This document shows, in pieces, positions 1 to 10,952 of a stretch of DNA of 34,020 nt. Positions within the stretch are counted from its first letter, which is position 1; each line of letters opens with the position of its first letter. The position numbers and the translations under genes were made by a program. The DNA is taken from contig NC_068999.1 of assembly GCF_001194135.2 (NCBI RefSeq), positions 39,344,098-39,378,117 on the forward strand, given 5' to 3'. The notes beneath the pieces are model-generated. The model worked only from the letters and a program-made list of their open reading frames with translations, searched no databases and was not told the DNA's origin. Source of the stretch: Octopus bimaculoides. Taxonomy: Eukaryota.

Positions 1-202
1 TATTTCCCTTCGTCGGCGTCCGACAGCTGATGACCTTGGTGAGAGAGACAAAAACCTGGCAAACTTATATCTTCTTTTCCAGTGAAATTCTTCACTGATA
101 TTGAAAAGGTGAAAACAAGCAATGTTAATTCTCTAAATGAAGTATTAACAGTAACTGCACGATAAAGTGTAGTATATTGCCACTTATGTGTGGCTGACCC
201 CT

Positions 203-319
203 AGGTCGACCTTGCCGTTCATCCTTTCGGGGTAGATTGAATGAGTACCAGTTACGCACTGCGGTCGTGGTAATCGACTTAATCCCTTTGTCCCCTCTGT
301 GTTTAGCCCCCTGTAGACA

Positions 320-320
<1 letters not shown>
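203..320 (+). mobile_element. 5'-truncated tRNA-derived SINE (3' half)
   Basis: aggtcgaccttgccgttcatcctttcggggtagattgaatgagtaccagttacgcactg...taatcgact aligns with the full copies at 9785-10229; runs directly into a (TAGA)n tail. Confidence 0.8.

Positions 321-402
<82 letters not shown>
321..402. repeat. (TAGA)n microsatellite at SINE tail
   Basis: About 20 perfect TAGA units seen directly. Confidence 0.97.
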
Positions 403-1808
403 TAGGCACATATATTTCGTATGTACTTAAATAAATAAATTCATCCGTACATATGTAAATTTGGAATGATATCAATTTTTCCCTCTGAAAGAGTAAAGAC
501 CTAGACGTACACATGTAGAGGTTATTTGACTCCCCAATTAGTATTTCTAGTGACAGCTTTTCAATATTTACCTTAGAGGACGTATACAGGAATCTCAAAA
601 TGGTTGCAAATAAAAATGAACACCTCCACATATACATCGATACATACATGTATACATACATACAAACATGCATACATATTTACGTATATATATATGTATA
701 CAAACTTCTGTTATGAGCTATTTCTATATGTCAGGTGAATAATATAAAGAGCGTTTTCTTAGATTAAGAATAGGTTTCGAAATAATATTTCATTGCTTTC
801 TTCCAGTATAACAGTAGCGAAGGAACGATGTATTGAAAACAACAGAAAATTAACAACAAACATATAAACACAAATTGTAACTTTATTATAATGCAAGAAG
901 AAGGATGTAAACGCAACTTGCCTCTAAGCTGTGTTGCCAGATGCCCTGTGGAAGCGGTAGAAGCATCTACTGTTAATTACATATTCAGGTATTTGACAGC
1001 ATTGCCTTGACTTGGAATAATAATCCTTTGTGTAAAATCCTTGACACCAGGTGCACAGCATTTCCATGAAGGATTAAAGGGTAACGATAACATTTGATTA
1101 ACAATGAATCATCGATATATACGGATGTGCATACAAGTATGAAAATATATATTAACACATACAAACTTGTATACACATACACGCCTATATATATATATAT
1201 ATATATNNNNNNNNNNNNNNNNNNNNNNNNNNNNNNNNNNNNNNNNNNNNNNNNNNNNNNNNNNNNNNNNNNNNNNNNNNNNNNNNNNNNNNNNNNNNNN
1301 NNNNNNNNNNNNNNNNNNNNNNNNNNNNNNNNNNNNNNNNNNNNNNNNNNNNNNNNNNNNNNNNNNNNNNNNNNNNNNNNNNNNNNNNNNNNNNNNNNNN
1401 NNNNNNNNNNNNNNNNNNNNNNNNNNNNNNNNNNNNNNNNNNNNNNNNNNNNNNNNNNNNNNNNNNNNNNNNNNNNNNNNNNNNNNNNNNNNNNNNNNNN
1501 NNNNNNNNNNNNNNNNNNNNNNNNNNNNNNNNNNNNNNNNNNNNNNNNNNNNNNNNNNNNNNNNNNNNNNNNNNNNNNNNNNNNNNNNNNNNNNNNNNNN
1601 NNNNNNNNNNNNNNNNNNNNNNNNNNNNNNNNNNNNNNNNNNNNNNNATATATATATATATATATACATAGACACGCGAACACAAATACGCACTAAGAGG
1701 AACATACACGCGGGCGTATGCACGTACTCATAAAACTGCTTTATGCGTGTTTATGTGTGTGTATACGTTTCTAAACTGTATCTCATATTATTTTAAATGA
1801 TAAGTTAC

Positions 1809-1875
1809 CTTCAATGCTCGAGAATATGTCTTATCAGTAATAGGCACATGTTTGATGATGAGGTGGGAAACGTTG
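1809..1875 (-). CDS. Weak candidate internal exon (NVSHLIIKHVPITDKTYSRALK), product unknown
   Basis: catctttctcAG acceptor, GAAG|GTAACT donor, one open frame; frame-compatible with candidate 2829-2999. No family recognised, and the acceptor lies in a tandem duplication. Confidence 0.13.
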
Positions 1876-1932
1876 CTGAGAAAGATGGCTTCAATCATGA
1901 AACGTTGCCTCGAGAAAGATGGTTTCAATCAT
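1867..1932. repeat. Two-copy tandem duplication (32 + 34 bp)
   Basis: gaaacgttgctgagaaagatggcttcaatcat followed by gaaacgttgcctcgagaaagatggtttcaatcat. Confidence 0.92.
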
Positions 1933-2476
1933 GATTTTGGTTTCAAGTGATGTTCAATACACCTCTTCAATCTTTTCTTTCTTGTTTATACGGAAACAAA
2001 ATTGTTTTGCAGGCGATAAAGAAGAAGTCCATGCCCTCTTCTATAGCATTTGTAGCGCTGACTTTCAGTACACAAACAGGTTCAGAGTTTCTATACGCAT
2101 GGAAAGATGGAGAAACGTCTTCAATGTGCACAGAGACACATACATCCACAAACAAGCAAGCATACACACACATACACAAGCAAGCAAAGACACACACAGA
2201 CGTGCACAAACACATGCATGTAAACATACAGGCACTCCCTCTACACATACATAACCTTTAGTTTGGGTAAATCTTTTAATTCAAGTGGTTTAAGTTGTGA
2301 TGTCCATTTGACATAGACCATACACGTGCTAAATACTTTAGTCAAAAACCAAACCTTAGATGATGTTTGAAAGTTTCCTGTCTTCCCTTATGGGTGCTCA
2401 CACACACAAGTGCACGCAAACGCGTATGTGTATATATACGATGCATGTATGAAGACGATACCTGTTGATGCAGAAT

Positions 2477-2775
2477 AATTTCGGCATTGAGTGTAATATA
2501 AATGCCAGAACTGGATTCCATCCACTCCATCTAAATTCAAGACCAGATACTGCTATCGCCTGGGGTTCAAGGTCCCACCGCTCTTCAATGCCTTCGTACA
2601 AAATTAAGAAATCTGCATAATGTGAACGTAAATGTTTTCAAAAAGGAACTAGAGATCCTCCTCTCCACAATACCGGATCAACCAACGGCATGGCATGATG
2701 TACAGACGAGGGTAGCAGAATTAAACTCCCCTAAATGTTAACGGACCAACAGAAATGAATAAAAGAATAAAAGAA
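2477..2775 (+). mobile_element. Decayed 3' end of a CR1/L2-group non-LTR retrotransposon (ORF2 C-terminus plus AATAAAAG tail)
   Basis: Frameshifted translation NFGIECNINARTG / PSTPSKFKTRYCYRLGFKVPPLFN / KLRNLHNVNVNVFKKELEILLSTIPDQP..AELNS aligns with the copies at 24525-25370 and 33381-34010; ends in aataaaagaataaaagaat. Confidence 0.8.
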
Positions 2776-2828
2776 TATATATATATATATATATATATAC
2801 ATACACTCATATATTTATGTCTATATAC

Positions 2829-2999
2829 CTTGGTTTGCGTTTGACCTTGTAGAAAGGAGAAACTAAATTTCCTTCCCAAGAAGAAATACACATTGGGTTA
2901 TATTTTCTTTGTATTTGACAACTAACGCCAGTTGCGTTACGCTTAGAGCCTATTTCTACACGTAAATCATAGTTCGTGTTGTTCCGGTTTGACTTTAGC
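2829..2999 (-). CDS. Candidate 171-nt phase 2-2 exon (LKSNRNNTNYDLRVEIGSKRNATGVSCQIQRKYNPMCISSWEGNLVSPFYKVKRKP), product unknown
   Basis: gcttcttagtgctattttctAG acceptor, CAAG|GTATAT donor, open frame with N-x-T sequons. No homology recognised. Confidence 0.2.
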
Positions 3000-4106
3000 C
3001 TAGAAAATAGCACTAAGAAGCATTAAATCACAATTAGTGAGACATAAGAGAAATAGCACCGAAAACTATAAGAAATCATACATATTGTCTTAACGTAGAA
3101 GGAAGAGCAGTTTAGGTAACGTAATTTAAAATATACAATCACTGAAAAAGAAAGTGAGAGTCACGGTTAGAATTCCTCAGATCATGCGTTTACTGATTTA
3201 AAGTAAACCTGGGGTAATTATAGCAATGACAATCATTTTAGTCGAATTGGATTTCAGTTGTTGGACATATTTCCGTTTTTAGACAATTGTCTTAAGTCAA
3301 ACATTTGATGAGTATGCCATGCCGTGATCATTTAGGCGAACTGCCAAAACTTGTGAAAAGGAGAGGAAAGCCAGATCTGCGAAAAACCACATGAAACCCT
3401 ATGTAAATACGAACTTGATGGAACCCTAATGATCTAGGAGATATTTATCATTACTGTTTATGATAGAAGTCAAGGGAAATATAGCGTTCCTGTATTTCAA
3501 TTCTAAATATCGTATGCAAGATCAATAATATGATTCAAGATCAGTCATCGCAGAAAGAGTGTGTGTGTGTGCGTGTACGAGTGAGAGAGCGTAAGACAGA
3601 GAAAGAGAGAAACGATATGTGTGTTTGTCTATCTGCTCAGATGTGTATATGTACCTGTTGTGTGTATGTGTGTGTGGTTTGGGAAGTATATAACTATAAA
3701 CTGAAGGGGAACAAGAGAGGAAGAGGGTGATTTCGCTACCGTGCCTTTTAAGTCGACGCAGTCATATATGTTTGTGTGTGTAAACTGACAGGTGCACGTA
3801 CATAAATGTATATGCAAATCCGTACACACACATAGTGAAAGAGGAAAAAAGGAAAAGGCAGAACTGTAAGTAGGCGGTTGGACGGAGGTGGAGTGGGTGG
3901 AAAATATGACCGATAAATTTCATGTCAAGTTGAGCACTGAAGGTAAATATATTGCTATCTGGCTTGAATTTAATGAGAATGTATAGGTATAATGGTACAA
4001 CATGCAAATGTTGTTACAGGTGAACAACATTGGAATTTATAAACATACCGACGCACATGTAAATTTCGAGAGCTGAGGGAAATAATTTGAAATGAATAAG
4101 TTTCCC

Positions 4107-4117
4107 TGCGTGTCTGC

Positions 4118-4148
<31 letters not shown>

Positions 4149-4190
4149 TGTGTGTGAGTGTGTGTGCGTGAGAGAGAAAGAGAGAGAGAG
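4107..4190. repeat. Compound (CG)n-(TG)n-(GA)n microsatellite
   Basis: About 8 CG units run into (TG)n and then (GA)n. Confidence 0.95.
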
Positions 4191-4510
4191 GCTTGTGTGT
4201 ATTTGTGGATAATGAAATTTAATTATAGTAATGAAATGCTGCGAAATTATGAAGTTATGAAATATTTCAGGTTGTGTTAGGAAAAATTGCATAACATAAG
4301 AATCTAGTAAATTATGTTAAGTTGATTGTGAGGAGACTGTCGTAGACCGAGAGGGAAGTAGAGGTAGAAAAAAAAACAAAGAGAGAGAGAGAGAGGGGGA
4401 ATGTGGGGAGAGAAAAGGGATGAGAGTGAGAGAAGGGCACCCGAAAGTGTTAAAGTCAATGATAAAGAAAAGAAAAAAATCTGTAATGAATAAATAATCA
4501 AAAATAGGCT

Positions 4511-4552
<42 letters not shown>

Positions 4553-4621
4553 AAGATAGATAGAAAGATAGATAGATAGACAGACAGATAGAAAGATAGA
4601 TAGATAGACAGACAGATAGAC

Positions 4622-4682
<61 letters not shown>
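4511..4682. repeat. (GATA)n microsatellite with GACA/GAAA variants
   Basis: Seen directly. Confidence 0.97.
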
Positions 4683-4683
<1 letters not shown>

Positions 4684-5610
4684 ACAAACAGATGGATAGA
4701 GCAAGTGAACGAGAGAGGGAGAGAGATTTTCAATGTTGTTATGGCCTGATCAATATCTGTCATGACGGAGAAAGAAAAGAAGGGAGGGAATATTAGCGAG
4801 GAAAGCGAATTCTTATTCATTTATGTCATGCAAGTGTTAATATGCATAATTTCATAAAGGTTTGCTGTCATTTTAAGATCTCCAGCTTGCTTCCCCAACT
4901 CTTATACCACAGTTATAATGTAATGTGTATCGTGGCAGTATTATAATCTAATAGAAGGAAATTATCAGGCCAGAGTTTGGATAAGTGACATATATAATGA
5001 TGAAAACTTACAATGTAGCTATGAATCCTTGAATTTTTGCTGTAATTTGCATAGTATATATGAATCATTGGAGTCACCTGCGATGTTGGTGTTATATATC
5101 TTGTAAACAATCTGGTTCTCTGTATATGGACAATATTTAGGGCTTTACTAAATTTTCTCAGCTTCACGAATGTTCATGCATTTTATTATTATAATAAATT
5201 AGTTTTCAGTGAGGATGGCGAGAGTTCTAACGTACCTTGCAATAATCATCCACTCAATTTCTGTTCGTACTGAATATTTTGTCTTTGAATCCTTCCACAC
5301 CTTACGTCAAATGAAATTCGAACCCCTGATTGTTTTTCAGACGATACGTAATTATATTTTATTCCATCTGTTACAGTCATCTATGAGCGATTTTTTTTTC
5401 TTTTCGGGTTCCTCGAATTGACAGGTTTGCAACTTAATACATGACAACCGTGACCCTCACAATTTATTTCGTAGGCAGAAACACTACAGAAAACCATGTC
5501 GCATACCCGCGTGCACACATACACACGCACAGAGAGAAAGATATATGTGCGTATGTCTATGAATATATTCACATCTCTCTGTCTCTTTATCTACCTATCA
5601 AAGTATATCT

Positions 5611-5613
<3 letters not shown>

Positions 5614-5650
<37 letters not shown>
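5614..5650. repeat. (TA)n microsatellite
   Basis: Seen directly. Confidence 0.95.
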
Positions 5651-5662
<12 letters not shown>

Positions 5663-5932
5663 GTATATATAATGTATATATGTATGCAACACACATACAC
5701 GCTGACACATGCTCACACACACGCACACTGGCACTTGCACACACACATATATAGGCATGCACTTAGCTTGTTGTTTAGACACATACTATTACGGGTTTTT
5801 TCCTGGTCATTGCGGAGGACGGTACTCATAATGACCAATAGGGTTTTTACTTAAAAGCTACGTTTCAGCATGTGAGTCATTAATCTAAAATGTATCTTTT
5901 CTATTGTCCCTGATGTTATTTCTATTGTTTAG

Positions 5933-5961
5933 TGCGAAATCAGCTGTGAATGTGTCGACCA
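5933..5961 (+). CDS. Candidate 29-nt exon (AKSAVNVST, or CEISCECVD in another frame)
   Basis: ttatttctattgtttAG acceptor and CCA|GTAAGT consensus donor; too short to identify. Confidence 0.25.
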
Positions 5962-6950
5962 GTAAGTATTCCATACGTGAGTCTCTTCGAATATCACGCG
6001 TTAATTTATTTCATAATTTTATTCAATTTTATGTGGATGCATGTTGTGATCTAAGACAGATTTAACTACTATTTCTACCAGTTGGATAGACGATCCAGAG
6101 GCATACTCGTTCAATTGATATCTGGTATATTTACGCAATCGTGGTGTTGGTTTTTGTCTGATGTTACTGCTATAAGGTTAGATCCTCGTCCACTTGTATG
6201 TTATTGTCGGAACTGTAACACTCTCGTTCCCACCATTATGTTGTGGCGATATTCCGCGTCTTATTATCGTTGATTCGTCTATTGTGCTATTGCTGATACC
6301 CCTGCAAGACAATGACTTGAAACGTCTACCTTGACGAGAACTCGAACTCGTATATATCTCGTAACTGACACTAACTCCACCTGAGAACTCGTACAACGAC
6401 GCTACTACTAATGACCACGTACAACCACTGATTCTCTCATCTTATTACTTAGTCACGTGGGAAAAGGGAGTACCATTTTCACTACAACACCTCCCTTTTT
6501 ATTTCTTCTAGCAGGGGGTGAGCAAGTAACTTTATTTTATTTTATTCACCCCTCCTTTCATGAAATGATGCCTATATAGATGACATATTAAGACGGAAGG
6601 ATATCTAGGGACACAATTATAACCTATAAAGTGCGACATAAGGGTGCTTTACTTAATATTCTTACATCGTGACGTACATAGATTCCCTCAATAGCTGTCA
6701 TTTATAAGTACACATTGTTGTTTAGCTTCAAACTAACCTAATAGCGCACTGGTATGAGCAAATGAGTTCTAACTCATATCATCTCGTCATCCTTTTTTTA
6801 GATCTCGGTGACTACAATGTCAAACGTACTGTTGTGCTCATTAAGACAGTTAGGTGAGACTCCAAGTTTGGTTGCTAATTCTACTACAGTTCAGATAGTA
6901 TTCGACACCATCGGAGCTCGTAAATATCAATATTGATTTATTTTCTTCAG

Positions 6951-7150
6951 TATTCCTTCGATGGACAAAGGAAAACCAAAACGTTGTTGATGAACGGGAT
7001 AAACACACAAGACAGGCGTTAGCACTGCCTTATGAAGATGCAATCGTTATTCAGTTGTGGCAGACTGTTTATAGAGAAACGACAAGTACCCACTCTTGCC
7101 GATACAATACCCTTGGCAATTATAGAAACAAGAGCAGTATATTAAGAAAT
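6951..7150 (+). CDS. Candidate 200-nt exon (xFLRWTKENQNVVDERDKHTRQALALPYEDAIVIQLWQTVYRETTSTHSCRYNTLGNYRNKSSILRN), product unknown
   Basis: tttattttcttcAG acceptor, AAT|GTAAGG donor, 66 open codons; missed by the ORF track because it has no early start codon. No family recognised. Confidence 0.28.
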
Positions 7151-7286
7151 GTAAGGTCTATGTTACCGCCAACTATATCAACGGTGAAAACATATGCTGG
7201 GACAAGAAGAATGAAAAATATAAATTAGAGTAACAACAAAACAAAATGAGATAAAAATGTAAAGCTTTGAAATATATATTTTTAAG

Positions 7287-7322
7287 ATAACAAACCACGT
7301 AGAATGGTTGAATGATGGAGAG
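7287..7322 (+). CDS. Candidate 36-nt phase 0-0 exon (ITNHVEWLNDGE)
   Basis: atttttaAG acceptor (weak AAG type), GAG|GTAAGA donor; in phase with 6951-7150. The WxxDG pattern resembles an Ig C strand (inference only). Confidence 0.17.
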
Positions 7323-7536
7323 GTAAGAAATAGAGAAACAGAAACATTTTATTTAAATTCTTAAAAGCAATAACGACTACAATTGCAAGATATTAAGCGC
7401 TGGGCCAATCATCTTGCGTAAGAAAAAGTATTAAACAGTTTATGGACATTTGAGAATAGGCATCTTATCGACCCAGGCAGTATGTGATTTTTATAATTAG
7501 ATCTGATTTTATTATCTAATTATTACAGAATATCAG

Positions 7537-7728
7537 TTATCGATGACAGCATTGATTGTCCTCCAAGCATGTTTTGTTGGACGGGAGTTCCATGTAAACG
7601 CTACCCGCATTTATGTTTGCTTTCCGCTTGACGCCTAATAAAATAACACTAACAACTGTTAATGTCATTATCATGACATTCCCAGAGGGAAATGAACAGT
7701 GCTGATCCTGCACCGCCCTTAGAAACCT
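7537..7728 (-). CDS. Candidate terminal exon with a possible transmembrane segment and short tail
   Basis: ORF 7537-7785 encodes VMIMTLTVVSVILLGV-KRK..YMEL..CCHR*; ttcattcttctgacttcaaatgtcAG acceptor in phase 0. Confidence 0.17.
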   Translation of the reverse strand, partial: RFLRAVQDQHCSFPSGNVMIMTLTVVSVILLGVKRKANINAGSVYMELPSNKTCLEDNQCCHR

Positions 7729-9784
7729 CTGACATTTGAAGTCAGAAGAATGAAGGTAGTTATTCTCAAATTTTAACGGACTCAATATTCTTGGGAAAAC
7801 AAGAGTCTGGAAGCGGTGTTAATCGGGTAGCGTATTACGTTTATCACCCAAGAGCAAGACCCTTGTTCCAATACGCTTCCAAGGAGCCTATTGTAGCTAA
7901 TTTCTCACATATAATCTTTTGGTCAACATCAATATTTGGTAGAGTACACTTGAAGAAAGTAGAATTTAAAACGAATTTATACAGTTGTTGAGATAATCTC
8001 TAAACCATATAACAACGTCTACAACCATAAATATAGTGTCGTACATTTTAAGGAAAGAAATGTATTGTCGACCACGGAAACCAACAAGGGCGATATAGAA
8101 ATGGTAGGATTGCAAGTCATGATGAAATGTTTTATTGGAGTCTTTGGACTTAGCTCCTCTTTATCAAATGCGACAAAATACCACCAAGATTTTCCTTCCC
8201 AATATCATCCGTTGTGTCTTTAATCCGAATCATTGGTATTGCGATTGACGAAACCGCCACTTTGATAGGATGTTAGTTTTGCAGAATCGATAGACCATAG
8301 GGCAGAATTTCTCATGCTATTTACTTACGTCCCTGATTTCAAATACTAGTGAGCCTGGATTTATATTTATCCTTCTGGTTCATTAAATTCAAAGGTCAGC
8401 CAGGTGCTTGAGTCGACAGAATCGACATTCAAGATACTGTAGTAAATCTCATGATCGATATCAGTTCAGCTTCGAACACTCTGAATGCAGGATATGTTCT
8501 ATTGCTCGAATGTTCGAAAAAAGTATTCTATTTAATTTTCCGAACTCTATGTTACCTTATCTCATAAAACATGACCGGACTTGTATTTCATCATCTTGCA
8601 TATGTATATACATATACATACTCACCTAAACACACACACACACACATACGCACATGTATATACGTACATATATATATATAAAACATACATATACGTAAGC
8701 GTGTGTTCCTATACAGCTCTGTATGTAATCATTCAATTAATACTGTAGATGCACGTCTCAGGTTTACATTCAAATTCCTGTAAGACGAAAAAAATAGATA
8801 AGTCGTTTACAGCTAACAAAAGACACCTACCAAACAGATCAGTGAGTTGTATTAGTAGATTGTGAGGGTAAACATTTCCATAATTAGGTATTCTTCTGGC
8901 TGTAATACAATTTGTTGGAATGCACTTTTATGCTTAACCTATGCATGTTTTTGCTGTGCCACACTTAAACATATCATAGAACATAATCTCTCTCCCTCTC
9001 TTTCAATTAATATATGCACATACATCTGTGTATACACACACACACACACACACACACGTACGCACATATATATGCGCATACCTATATATAAACGTGCACA
9101 CATGTTTGTACGTACGTATGTTTAGCTCTTTGTAGTAATTTATGTAGACAAAGATCTAAGCCTCCAGCAAGCAATCCGATTAATGTCTGCAGAAATACGG
9201 ACAGAAAATCGATACAGTGATAGATTGACTGATATTTTATACACAATATTTAGTGCACATGTAGAGCCATCTGAGATTTCATCCTAGAGAATTTAGCCAA
9301 TTTCTATGCTTTTTATTTGTAAGAATCATTGTATTTTTACGTTTTCACATTCTGTTGTTTAATATTTTTAGCAGTTTGTAACTTTTTCTGTTTCTCCGTA
9401 CCATTCCCTGTCCTAAATATGCTTCTGATTGCAATCACCGATGATAAAAAATATGGTTTGGAAGGTGATAGTTTGATAATCTCATAGTTAGTATTTGGTA
9501 AAAAGTTTCATAGTAAGTACAGAGGTGTAAACGAAATCAAGCAAAGGTTTACTTCGAGGAAATAGTTTGAATATGATATCGTGGCAAACACATCGTTAGC
9601 TACACAAGCAAAAGAAGCAAGCACATATCGAAAATAGAGCCAGCGAAGAAATTCAATCATGACGGAGAGGAAAAAAGTAGATGGGAATCGCAAAAGAGTT
9701 CACAAATATATTAAGTTAACAAAGTTTGAAGTTAGAATTGGACAACAAAATGAGCGGAAAGGCTTTGTAATATTGCGTCACACT

Positions 9785-9998
9785 AAGGTGGGGAGCGGGC
9801 AGAAACATTAGCATGCCGAGCGAAATGCTTAGCGGTATTTCGTCTGTCTTTACGTTGTGAGTTCGAATTCCGCCAAGGTCGACTTTGCCTTTCATCCCTT
9901 CGGAGTGGATAAATTAAGTACCAATTGCATACTGGGGTCGGTCTAATCGACTGGACCCCGCACCAAAAAATTCGGGCCTTGTGCCTAGAGTAGAAAAG
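9785..9998 (+). mobile_element. Full-length tRNA-derived SINE, copy 1 of dimer
   Basis: A-box-like gggcagaaacattagc, B-box gagttcgaattcc, body gtcgactttgcctttcatcc..aagtacc..taatcgac, tail gtgcctagagtagaaaag; closely similar to 10014-10229 and 14074-14300. Confidence 0.92.
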
Positions 9999-10013
9999 AA
10001 TATTTCGTCACCT

Positions 10014-10229
10014 AAAGGTGGCGAGCTGGAAGAAACATTAACACGCCGGGCGAAATGCTTAGCGGTATTGCGTCTGTCTTTACGTTCTGAGTTCAAATTC
10101 GGTTAAGGTCGACTTTGTCTCTCATCCTTTCGGGGTCGATAAATTAAGTACCAGTTGCGTACAGGGTTCAATCTAATCGACTAGCCTCCTCCCCCAAAAA
10201 TTTCAAGCCTTGTACCTACAGTAGAAAAG
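10014..10229 (+). mobile_element. Full-length tRNA-derived SINE, copy 2 of dimer
   Basis: ggtggcgagctggaagaaacattaacacgccgggcgaaatgcttagcggt..gagttcaaattc..gtagaaaag; collinear with copy 1. Confidence 0.92.
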
Positions 10230-10837
10230 AATATTTCGTCACACTCTTCTCTGTATTGTATTGTAGTCTACTTGCTACTGAAGAAATGCTTTGTGCCTGC
10301 TTTTGGCAAAGTGAAACCTCATGTGTATATATAAGAAAAAATAGAAAAAAAAGAAACCTTGAACCCAATGAGCCAATCAAAGATACGATTTAATCTTCCA
10401 TCGACGACAATGCTAGAGTTTCTGTGTGTTTAATACACCGGGCGATGTTTCGCAAGTTTAATAGCAAATGACCAGGCAGATCAGCATATTTGCTTGACAT
10501 TTGCTTCCGTATTGCAGAAAAATCTTCCATACGAACATTTTTAATGCTAAAGAAATAATATTAATTATAGCAGTAAAAATCCTAACAAATCACAGATTTC
10601 GATGAATTTTCTGTAATACTGAATATTGATCACATTGAGAAATTGCATAGAGAGATCCATTGAAGCTTTCTCCGCAGTTTCTGTGAAGAATCCAAAGATG
10701 TAGCCATCTAGACACTTCAGAACATAACAATTTAAAAGACAAATTCAAGCTGTACCACGTCGCTACCTTGCATTTCATCTTCAGACAGACGAACTAAAAC
10801 TGTGACGAACAGCAGTCAAGGAGAATCTATTTGATTA

Positions 10838-10844
10838 TATTAGC

Positions 10845-10898
<54 letters not shown>

Positions 10899-10914
10899 TA
10901 TGAAGCTAATAATA

Positions 10915-10952
<38 letters not shown>

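Noticed and set aside
1-93. Minus-strand frame KNFTGKEDISLPGFCLSHQGHQLSDADEGK after ttttcaatatcAG
   Set aside because: It runs off the window edge, two frames are open, and the DxGxY Ig-like hint cannot be checked.
924-1067. 47-aa cysteine-containing minus-strand ORF MEMLCTWCQGFYTKDYYSKSRQCCQ..
   Set aside because: No signal peptide, no splice acceptor, and cysteine spacing does not fit insulin, CHH/ITP or toxin frameworks I know; this length is expected by chance.
8329-8480. Cadherin-like reading VFEAE-TDIDHEIYYSIL..INPGSLVFE on the minus strand
   Set aside because: Needs two frameshifts within about 150 nt and lacks the DRE and DxNDN calcium-binding motifs.
9769-10245. Repeat-spacer-repeat layout as a CRISPR-like array
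   Set aside because: The two spacers are homologous SINE copies of about 215 bp; there are no cas genes and the context is eukaryotic.
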